A stretch of DNA of 64,000 nucleotides from Bugula neritina (Eukaryota; Animalia; Bryozoa): contig OZ037768.1 of assembly GCA_964035545.1 (NCBI GenBank), positions 23,903,319 through 23,967,318 on the forward strand, read 5' to 3'. Under the pieces are notes generated by a model that was not told the origin of the DNA, searched no databases, and saw only the letters and a program-made list of their open reading frames with translations. This document shows positions 16,101 through 28,100 of the stretch, piece after piece; position 1 is the first letter of the stretch, and each line of letters begins with the position of its first letter. The position numbers and the translations under genes are program-made.

Positions 16101-19100
16101 TCGAATATGACCTAATAAGATATAGTGGAATATAACCTAATAAAATATAGCAGAATATTTTAGGAGTAAAGTAGTAATATTCCTATGTTTGAAAAAGCAA
16201 AGAAATTAACATTTTTATTCCAAATTAGTTGTGACAAAGTGATTACCTCTACCAATGCAGTACTACAGTTACACCTGGTTAGTACCAGTTGGTATTAGTT
16301 AAAATTTAATTCAAAAGGAGACTATTTTGCTTTGTTGCCAAAATCAATGTTTAGTCACCACCAAGATGTGTTTCTTTCAGTGCAGTTTTCAGCACTTTCA
16401 GAAAGTATTTTGCTTGTGATGAAATTATTGAATGAAAATGAGATTTGGTTGAGAGATGCAGTTCCGATGTGCGTTCTGTGTGACAGATTGTCACTTATTG
16501 TTGAGCTCGTCGTCTAACTCTGTGTGCAGGTTTCCTTCAGAAAGCAACAAAACTCCACAGGAAGTTCTGAGCAAATTTGATAACATGTCGTTAAAACTGG
16601 CTCAGTCTAAACCCTCTGCCAGCCACTCGAAATCTCGTACCTCAAAACAGAGATCTGGCAACTCCGGCTTGGTGGGATCTCCTGTGAAAAGTACCGGAAG
16701 GATATCTAGCAAATCATCTAAAATCATTCACAAGGTTAGGAAAACTGATGCTACAGCTTTTGGCTTTAAAAAGACTAGCAATATGAGCCCTACTGAAAAA
16801 GGTTTTTAATCAGAAATTCAACTCAATGTACTATTGAAAATATATTTTGACTTTTTAGAGCTGATTAAAACTTGTAATAAAATCATCATACAGGCATCTA
16901 CTTGAGTTGGTGTGTAGCTAATCTTAGTGTATTTGATAGTGATAATGGTTTTTTACAAAATTGTGGCAACATTTTCATTTATGCACATATTGATATTGAT
17001 ATAAAAACACAATGTTAAGGTAATTAGAAATGCATGGGCATGTTGATCTCAATTATTTGTAAACCATAGCTAATGTAATGTACAAATAGTTGAGATTTTA
17101 CTAACTTATGATCTTGCATGTGATTAAATGAAATTTGTTTCTGTCACTATTTCAGATTATAAATATTTTTAGTGACATTTATCAGTATTCTCAGCCTACA
17201 TGAAAGGAAGTATGCAGTGACATTGTAATTAACATACTCATTTAGTGACTGTTACCTCTGTTATTAGAGATCTGAGTCAGCCCCTCAGCTGCCCGAGGTA
17301 GGTTTGGATGAGCATGCTCACTTGTTCCTTGACGGAGTCGGTCTCAGGGAGAATGTTCCAGAAGCTGGCTACGAGCCAAGAGAAGTGCATGTGGTGGCGG
17401 ACTCCAAGAAGTCCAACAGCCGGCCCACTTCTGTCATGGGGGCGGAGTCCAAACTCAAAAGTAGAAAAACTGTGTCCTCTGATTACCAGAAATCTTCCTC
17501 ACAGGTGGGGGATAACTCTCTGTGATTGCTTCATTGATCTAATGAGTCATTCCCTTACAGGCAAGAGAATAACTCCTAGAACAGTTATTTTGCCTTCTGC
17601 TCCGCAAAATGTTCTCAACTATCTGACATCTGGCTGTATGAAAATAATCACTTTTATGTTTTGATAAACCCTCTGTTGGGTACGTTTTAGTAATCAGTCA
17701 TCTATATGTCCAGATGTTTGTGACATAATTGTTTGAATATATTTATGCTTCTCACTCGATGAATTTTTCTTTCTAAACCTGTTTACTAATAACCTGATAT
17801 ACATCGGCTTGATATACGTCTGCTATGTACGTCTGCTTACTAATCACTTGATATACGCCTGCTTACTAATCACTTGATATACGTCTGCTTACTAATCACT
17901 TGATATACGTCTGCTTACTGATCACTTGATATACGTCTGCTTACTAATCACTTGATATACGTCTGCTTACTGATCACTTGATATACGTCTGCTTACTAAT
18001 CACTTGGTATACGTCTGCTTACTAATCACTTGATATACGTCTGCTTACTAATCACTTGATATACGTCTGCTTACTGATCACTTGATATACGTCTGCTTAC
18101 TGATCACTTGATATACGTCTGCTTACTGATCACTTGATATACGTCTGCTTACTGATCACTTGATATACGTCTGCTTGCTGATCACTTGATATACCTCTGC
18201 TTACTGATCACTTGATATACGTCTGCTTACTAATCACTTGATATACGTCTGCTTACTGATCACTTGATATACGTCTGCTTACTGATCACTTGATATACGT
18301 CTGCTTACTGATCACTTGATATACCTCTGCTTACTGATCACTTGATATACGTCTGCTTACTGATCACTTGATATACGTCTGCTTACTGATCACTTGATAT
18401 ACCTCTGCTTACTGATCACTTGATATACGTCTGCTTACTGATCACTTGATATACGTCTGCTTACTGATCACTTGATATACGTCTGCTTACTGGTCACTTG
18501 ATATACGTCTGCTTCCTAATCACTTGATATACGTCTGCTTACTAATCAATTATTTGTCTTTCATATACTAGAGAGTTCGATTCCCTCTGGCACCAGATCT
18601 GGAAGACGTGGACAGAAGTAACTATAAGGTTAGTAGAGTTGTGTAGGATGTGTTGTATTTATTAGTTTATTTGCTTTTTTACAAGTGATTTATTATATTA
18701 TAACAATATGTGTGCCTGCTTTGTGTATATCATAATATATCTCATAGAATTTGTTATCTATACACTTTATCTATCTGTATAAACTTGTTAAATGACAATG
18801 TTGTGTACATACTATTCATTGTTATATTATTGCATCTTTCTAGGGCCTGCAGCCTGACCCCATCATAAAGCTGAGGAAGGTTATAGGATTCGGAGGTGCC
18901 GTGATGAACCAAGCTGTGTGGACGCAGGGTGGTACATACATTGTCTATCCATGCCATGCCCTGGTGGTGGCAGTCCACGTGGCAACAGGGAAGCAGCGGT
19001 TCTTTATAGGACATACTGACAAGGTAGTTAGTTACTTAGTTGGTTACTTAGTTAGTTACTTAGTTAGTCAGTCAGTAACAGCAGCAGCGATAGTAGCAGT

Positions 19101-22100
19101 AGTAGTACTAGCAGTACTAGTAGTAGTAGTATTAATAGTAGCAGTACTAGTAGTAGTGCTAGTAGTAGTAGTAGTAGTAGTATTAATAGTAGCAGTACTA
19201 GTAGTAGTGCTAGTAGTAGTAGTACTACTACTAGCACTACTAGTACTAGTTAGTAGTAGTAGTAGTAGTAGTAGTAGTTAGTAGTAGTAGTTAGTAGTAG
19301 TACTAGTAGTAGTACTAGTAGTGGTACTAGTAGTAGTACTAGTGCTAGTAGTGCTAGTAGTACTAGTAGTACTACTAGCACTACTAGTACTAGTATACAG
19401 CTCTAGTATCACCTGTAGATCTCCTGCATCAGCATAACCCGAGACTCCACAATGCTAGCCTCTGGTCAGACAGGACAGAACTGCTCCATCAGAATCTGGA
19501 ACTACAGGTCTGCTGACTGTCTCTCCGTCTTCAAGGTCAATGGGTCAGCACTTTACTCTCTCAACTTCTCCGAGAGTGGCTCTGTCCTAGCTGCTGCCGG
19601 CAGAGACAACCACAATAAGACGGTGAGTCTGTCGAGTAGCTGACCGCGAGTATTCAGCCTATCAGCAGCAAGTTCAGCTTATCGGCAGACTTTGGCTCTG
19701 GCAGCGCGTTGAACTGTGTTATTGGAGAAGAAAATTATTATGTTCACAATAAAAACGCTGAACTGTTGGTCATTAATCATTGATAATCTGAATAAAAAAA
19801 ATCTGCTAGTGTTTGCGTAAATGTTTATATTTAGGAGTTGTCACCTCATAGAGATTAGATGCTGCTATGGAACTACATACAGATTACTTTGTATTAAAAT
19901 CTAAATTGTTATACTTGAGGCATGTAAATTTAGCAACTGCAAGACTATAGTGTCAGGGCCGTCTACTGGTGTCCTCTATTTCACTTCTCAAGTTCTGAGA
20001 CTATTTGGTTGTTTGTTTGGTAGCTGGTGGCTGTGTGGAACACCTCTCGTGTGTTAAGAGGCGGGGAAGTGAATTTAGTAGCTAAAGCTCACACAGAAGT
20101 AGAGGTCTGCGCTCTGAAAGTGTCTCCAGCCGACGATGCTCGGTAAGAATACCAGCGGTACCGGGTAGTAGTTTGGTATATTGTTGTAATTCAGCTTCTT
20201 CTGTGACAGGATTTACTTTTCCCATCATTTAGTATCTTTGTAAATAGTTTATCAAACAATTCCTTGTGTTTCTGAAACGTACTCTGCTTTGAAAGGCTGG
20301 TGTCATGTGGACGTAACAATATAAGGTTGTGGAGACTGAAGGACAACTCCCTACGTTCTGCTGCAGTGCCACTGGCCGAGCATCACACGATGGAGTTTAC
20401 TGACGTCTGCTGGGACTTCCAGCCGACAATCTGCGCTGAAATTCGATCCAAATCTGCCGACGAGCGAAAGATGTATGTCGTGTCACTGAATTGCTTTCTA
20501 GTACTATTTATTGTTTGTTGGTGTGTTTCAGTTCCACTCGGTAGCCTAGTGGCTGTTTATGATTCCTTCAATGAGCTCTCAACGTAGAGGTTCAACCACT
20601 ACTGTGTTATGTTGCTGTAGATATGCATGTAGCAAGACAGGACACATATTTGAGATTGATCACAGGCGTATGGCCATTGCTAATGTCCACAGACTGCTAC
20701 CTCATGCGAAGAATGGAGAGAAACAGACAATGTCATCTAGTAAGTTGTCTTCTCTCTAATAGTCTCTCTAACTTGAAGTTATCTTCTCTCTAGTAGGTTC
20801 TATAAATAACACATATATACATTACTATACATAAATAGCATATATATTACCATTGTAGGTGGTGGTGTTACTATAAATAGCATATATGTATATATTACTA
20901 TTGTAGGTGGTGGTGTTACTATAAATAGCATATATGTATATATTAATTTTGTAGGTGGTGGTGTTACTATAAATAGCATATATGTATATATTACTATTGT
21001 AGGTGGTGGTGTTACTATAAATAGCATATATATTACCATTGTAGGTGGTGGTGTTACTATAAATAGCATATATGTATATATTACTATTGTAGGTGGTGGT
21101 GTTACTATAAATAGCATATATGCTAATGACACGTTTTGTGTGACTGGATCGAACGACGGCTATCTACGTGTGTGGCCTCTCGACTTCAAACATGTCTACC
21201 TTGAAGCAGGTGTGTAGTGTGTACTGTGTAGTATGTAATATGTAGTGTGTAGTGTATACTGCGTAGTGTGTACTGTGTAGTGTATAGTGTATACTGTGTA
21301 GTGTATACTGTGTAGTGTGTACTGTGTACTGTGTAGTGTCTACTGTGTAGTGTCTACTGTGTATTGTGTACTGTGTAGTGTGTAGTGTATACTGTGTAGT
21401 GTCTACTGTGTAGTGTATACTGTATACTGTGTAGTGTATACTGTATACTGTGTAGTGTATACTGTGTAGTGTATACTGTGTAGTGTCTACTGTGTAGTGT
21501 ATACTGTGTAGTGTATACTGTGTAGTGTGTATTGTATATTACAGAACACGATGGTCCAGTCTCAGTTGTACAAATGTCAGACAACGGATTAAAAATACTG
21601 GCCGGCACCTCAACGGTGAGATTTAAACTTTTATTTTGTCTTATCTTCTCAATAACTCGGGTAATGTTTTATGTGCTTCACCGAGTTTGATAAGTTAAAC
21701 TTATTAACACGTTTTATCTCCCTCAACTTTTCATGAGATCACTCCACTCGGTGTTTTTCTATTATCCAACTCTGTATCCCTTTTTTATTTTTATTTTTTC
21801 TTACTAATTTCACGATTATCTTCTCTTGGTTGATATAGATTTATTCGTATTGCAAATCCTCTCTCAACTGTAGGGTAACCTCGGTGTGCTGGACGTGACA
21901 ACTAGAAGTTATCACACCTTGATGAGGTCACACACAGACACTGTGCTTCACATGTCACAGGATGTATTCAGAAGGCATATGGCCACAGTGTCAGCTGATC
22001 ATACTATCAGAGTGTGGTCTCATGACACTGGAGAACAGGTGCTCTCTCTACCCCACGACACTACTTCATCAGTTCTTTTCTCTTTGCTTGGTGTTTATCC

Positions 22101-25100
22101 AACTGAAACAGTCATACAGCTTTTTCATCAGTTTGATTATTCTTTAACCTAAACTATAATATATCATATCATATTATTCTGTGTTGACCCAGTGCATTGT
22201 GGGTAATATTATAGCTGTACGACTTCCACTCTCCAAACGAGTGTCCAACCAACATCTGTTACCATCCCTCAAAGCAGCTGTTTGCTGTCGGCTTCGATGA
22301 CGGTGCTGTCAGAGTTTTCGACATCCAGGCTACTAGTCTAATGGCTGATCATGTGTGAGTAGAGAGTCCAGTCTGCTGATTGGCTGAAATGTTTGTGTCA
22401 TTAATTTTCATTAGCTAACCATCATTTGGCTGCCATGGTATATCAAAGTTATATGTAATTTACCAGTCATGATCAAGGTTTTCAGTAAATAAAAGTAATA
22501 ATTTTATCAATTGAATTAGAAATCAAAACTGAGAAGTGTTCAATAATTGCATATTTTCCTTGAAATATACTACCGTTTGTTTTATGGCAAAACACTCATT
22601 AAATTGGTAATTTTTTACATAAAACTGATGGTAGTATAGTTTGCAGTAGAATCTTGAGTTTTAATGAAATATATATTCATGTCCATAATATTTGTAATAG
22701 AGAAATTAAATGGTTAAGGAAAACCAGATAAAACTTGCACAAAACAGCAGAGAATTGAGCTATGGCCTTCCATTGAAATCAATTATATATGTGACTAATA
22801 CTTGTACATATATTACACAGCTCTCTATATATACGTGACTAATACTTGTACATATATTACACAGCTCTCTATATACAATACTTTCAGCTCCCACAGAGGC
22901 CCAGTAACTGGTCTCGTCTACACTGCAGACGGCTCTAAGATGTTCAGCTGTTCGGCAGACGGCACTCTCTGCTCTTACGACTCCTCTGATGATGCGTATC
23001 CTGTAATCAGAATTCTGGGTAATATTACAGCCAAAGGTGTGTAATAATATAATATGTATGCTTTTTTACAATCATTTAATGTCTAATTTACTATCTATGC
23101 TTGTCTTTAGTGGATTCAAGATATATGAATACGTTACATGTTTATAAAGGACGAAAAATTGTAAAAGAATAAAATAATAATAGTTTTACTAACTCTTTCA
23201 GTTTATAAAATTTTGATTTTTTAGTTTTTCTAGTTGTGTTGAGTCTGTTTATTTCAAAATTAATTCTAGTCAAGTGATAATTCAAACTGACAACACAAAA
23301 TACATTCAATAAATTCAAATATTTTCAAGATCTGAACACATGTGGTATTATTAGTATATATAGTAAGTATAGTATATACCTGAGTATATAGTAAGTATAG
23401 TATATAGTAAGTATACACCTGATATGTACAGGTGTAAAGTACGGCCCAGACGCTTTGTCCATTTCACCTCATGGCCACTTCTTAGCTTTCATTGGCCCAC
23501 AGAACTTCACAGTAACAGTTGTGAGCACCAAGACCTTGGACGAGGTTGGTGATATAGTGTAGTGCACATATTAATAGCATGCTGTCTTAGCTGGCTGCAT
23601 TGTAAATCAATTGGGATTTAGAGTTTTACCTTGTTGTTTATAGAGAACGAAAATATGTATTTCAAGTGGTTAAAATGATACGAAATGCCATAATATTAAT
23701 TATCCAAGAAGCTGATTTTTTCAACCTCTTTTAGATGTTGATCAACTTTTCCTTTTCAATTTGTTTTCCTTATTTTTAAATCTTTGTCAAAATAATATTT
23801 ATTATACACAATAACGGATTTTTGTATTATGAATCATTGCTTTTGAAAACTTCAATTTTAATGAAGAATAAGCTCTAGGCTTTCAGTTGTTTTGTAACTT
23901 GGTTATACAATGCAAACTTTAAAAATTATTCTAGAAAACATTTTTTATTTGAACTGTAATATTTATTTTTGAATAGAGAACACAACTTCTAACAATTTCT
24001 ATGAAACAATCCATGAGTGTTTACTGCACAGTATTTACTACTCTAATATTGCTACTTCACTATACAACTGTTGTGTGACTAATATTCCCTCCAGGTCATG
24101 AGAATAGATGTTACCACGGTAACATCACCAATAGAAGCAGCCCGAGGTCTTATAGACACAGCTAGGCGGGTATATTATACCCCACCTGATCCAAATCACC
24201 TGATTGTAGCCACGGAGAACAGTAGGCTACTCAAGTTTGACTCTTCCAGTGGAAAGCTCATCTCAGAAGTATGCAAACTGGTTATGAGAATATATTATAT
24301 GTTCATTTGGTGTGCTTCATCACGGATATGCTGACATTGTTCAGATCATTTGAATACTACTTTATGCTGTAGCGCATATATTTGTATATTTAAGGTATCT
24401 GGTGTACCTAGTCATTATGTTGGGAAGGTTGTAGAATCTGTATAGCGTGGGCCATTCATCGTTTTCTGTGTAACTCAGCAATGACACTCCTGTGTAAAAT
24501 CAATTTGAAAGCCAATGTTTCTTCTTTTTGCTGGTCTATTGGTAATTTATCATATTTATAAAAAGTTGACATCAGCATTTAATGTGATGGTGCTTAGGCT
24601 ACCATTTAAATATCTAAAGTGTCATATTTGTTCTCACACAACATATCTTCGTAAAGTTTCAATAGTCTCTTGTTATTTGACTTCCTGTACTCTACTTCCT
24701 GTTTTTCTACTTCCTATTACTCTACTTCCTGTTACTCTACTTCCTGTCATTCTACTTTCTGTTACTCTACTTCTGGTGTAGATTAGCAACATACACCGAG
24801 AACCTTGTTCTACTCTGGATATCTCCCAGTCTGGAAAGCATTTGGTAACTTCTGGAGACCGTGTGATCAAAGTATGGGACTATCAGATGAGACTCGACCT
24901 CAACTTTCAGGTCTGTTTATGTTCTCAGTCTAAGATTTCCTCTCATATTGACGGTTTACACATAATAGAAAAGAGCTTTTAATGAAGACATTTATCTTCC
25001 TTTTCTGCAGGTTTTCATTGGCCAAAGTGAAAATGTTACTAAAGTTATGTTCACGCCGTCCTACTCTGATGTCATTTCCTGTGGAGAGGCCATATTTGTT

Positions 25101-28100
25101 TGGCAGTATCTAGGCAACGAGCAAGACGAAGAGCCGTGAGTAGTTTTGATGCTTTATTTAAAGGCGTGAAGATTTTTCATCAACTAAAATGAATATTTTT
25201 GATTGAAGCTATTATCTTGAACTGTATTAGAAAATTAATAATTCTAATACATTATTAAACAGATAAAATTAAAGTAACACAGTTATCTCTATTTACACAC
25301 AAAGGCCTGGTGATATTTTAGTTTATAAACTGCTAGTCATATCGGAAAGCTATTTCTAGCTTCTATTGTTGTTTATTTGATCATAGTTATTATTCCCTAT
25401 TCCCATGTACTTCAGTGATGAATCTAGTGAAGATATCAATAAGAGTCAGCTGGAGATATCGAGTGGGTGTCACCCTGCTGCTCCTAGCCCTAGTCGTAAG
25501 TGTACAAGTACTTACTAGTAGTGAGACTGTGTGAGTACCTGCCTGTAGTTACTCACCTGTTTAGAATGTTGGTTGCATAAATTTTGCTGCAAATTTCATA
25601 ATGATACAAGAAAGCAGCAAAGAACTGAGTTCTTTACATCATGTTGCACTGAAGCTTAGTGAATGTATCTGGTAGATATTCCAGTATATTACAATATGTT
25701 ATAGTATAGTTGCTGACATTCAATGAGTAATTTTAGACTTACTTGCACTTTTGTTACAAACAGGTGATCAGATACCCTCCCACCGCCATTCTCCGGTGAA
25801 GCACACAGCTAGCCCGTGTAAACACGCTCCTTCAGTAAGGAGGAGTTTGAATGCGTCCCTCACTGCCTTGCCAAGAGATAGTGCACCCCAACCTTGCTCC
25901 AGTCCCCAGAGAACTCCCGGCAGCATGAGTCATGCTCTGGCAGCACTGACTCCTCTCGGGGAAAACATGCAGCAGACTAACAGTCAGGTGGGCGTCATGT
26001 GACCAGAGAGTTTCACGTGATCAGACCGGTATGTGTGGTGGTCAGTGGTAGTTAATGTCTTGTAGCTAAAAACTAGAGTTGGTACCATACAGTAGAATGA
26101 TGACTCACAGATTTATTTTATTTTACAGGAAGAGAATTCTGGGTATAAATCTCTCAGGACTCCTAACAAAAGTAGTGGCAGGAGCAGACAACAACTCAAA
26201 CCAGCTTGCCGTAAACACTTTATTCCTGTTGAGAAATCCTCTACATTTGCTCAGGTATTGTCATACAGCCAGCATGCTCAACTCACACAGTCTATATTTA
26301 ACTCACATAGTCTATATTTAACTCACACAGTCTATATTTAACTCACACAGTCTATATTTAACTCACATATTCTATATTTAACTCACATAGTCTACATTTA
26401 ACTCACATAGTCTGTATTTAACTCACATAGTCTATATTTAACTCACATAGTCTATATTTAACTCACATAGTCTATATTTAACTCACATATTCTATATTTA
26501 ACTCACATAGTCTACATTTAACTCACATAGTCTATATTTAACTCACACAGTCTATATTTAACTCACACAGTCTATATTTAACTCACACAGTCTATATTTA
26601 ACTCACATAGTCTATATTTAACTCACACAGTCTATATTTAACTCACATAGTCTATATTTAACTCACACAGTCTATATTTAACTCACACTGTCTATATTTA
26701 ACTCACATAGTCTATATTTAACTCACACAGTCTATATTTAACTCACACTGTCTATATTTAACTCACACAGTCTATATTTAACTCACACAGTCTATATTTA
26801 ACTCACACTGTCTATATTTAACTCACATAGTCTATATTTAACTCACATAGTCTATATTTAACTCACACAGTCTGTATTTATATTATATTTGTAGAAACGG
26901 TATGTGGCCCCCGAAAACCAGGCCGGGCTGAAGCTGAATGCGTGTTTGGGCTACAATGGCAATGGCCGAGATAACATAATATGGCAGCCAGAGTCGGGAT
27001 TCTTTGCGTATACTAATGGCTGTGTGGTTGTGATAGAAGATCTCAAGACCGGAGTCCAAAAGCACCTGACCGGGCATGTCGAAGAAGTGTCAACTCTGGC
27101 GTTACAGTCTGACTGCCAGGTATTCTGGGATACTGATCAGTCTGTTGCAGTGCCGTTCATCTAGCAGTGCATATCTATTGTTTACTACAGTAATCATATT
27201 ATTCTCCAGTTGTGGGTTAGCTCCTATAGAGTGGCAACTTAATATTAAAGTTATTTTGTTTCTCAACAGGAAATGGTGTCAGCAAGTGGAAGCAGTGCTG
27301 ATTCTAGTACCGGCAGCCAGATCTGTTTCTGGGACCTGTCTTCTATGACGTGCCGTAAAGTCATCACTGAGCATGAAGGCAGCATTGTGTCAATGGCATA
27401 CTCCAGAGATGATAGGTTAGTGAAGAGATCAGTGAGGTGCTCTCTGAACCTCGAGAGGTCTTTGTGGCTATAATGCAGGTACCTGTAGGTTTCTAGTCAC
27501 TGTAGGTGTATACTTGTAGGTATCTAGTCACTGTAGGTGTGTACTTGTAGGTTTCTAGTCACTGTAGGTGTACACTTGCAGGTTTCTAGTCACTGTAGGT
27601 GTATACTTGTAGGTGTATACCTGTAGGTGTATACTTGTAGGTATCTAGTCACTGTAGGTGTATACTTGTAGGTATCTAGTCGCTGTAGGTGTATACTTGC
27701 AGGTATCTAGTCACTGTAGGCGTATACTTGTAGGCGTATACTTGTAGGTATCTAGTCACTGTAGGTGACTATTCGGAGAGGAAAGTCAACCTATGGGAGA
27801 CAAGCATGTGCACTCTAGTGGCCAGTACACAGACCAGTCAACCAATCAACTACGTAGCTTGGGATCCTCAGGCTTTCAATGAGTTTGTTACGGTGGGTGA
27901 CCAGGGTGCGATCATGTTCTGGCTGGTAGATGAGCTCACCGACAACATACCCAAGCTGAGAGTTCAGGAACCTGCTCTGCCTGAGGAGATTGCGTCATTG
28001 TCTCCCCGTGTAAGTGTGTGTCGTCATGACAACCAGGTTAACTACTCGCTACAGAGTTGCTGCATCTTTTCATGTTTGTCCTGTATGTGCTGCTAATATG

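Noticed and set aside
17785-18548. CRISPR-like appearance of the regular 26-31-bp repeats (also 26278-26880 and 38225-38957)
   Set aside because: Units are head-to-tail with no unique spacers, there are no cas genes, and the context is eukaryotic introns.
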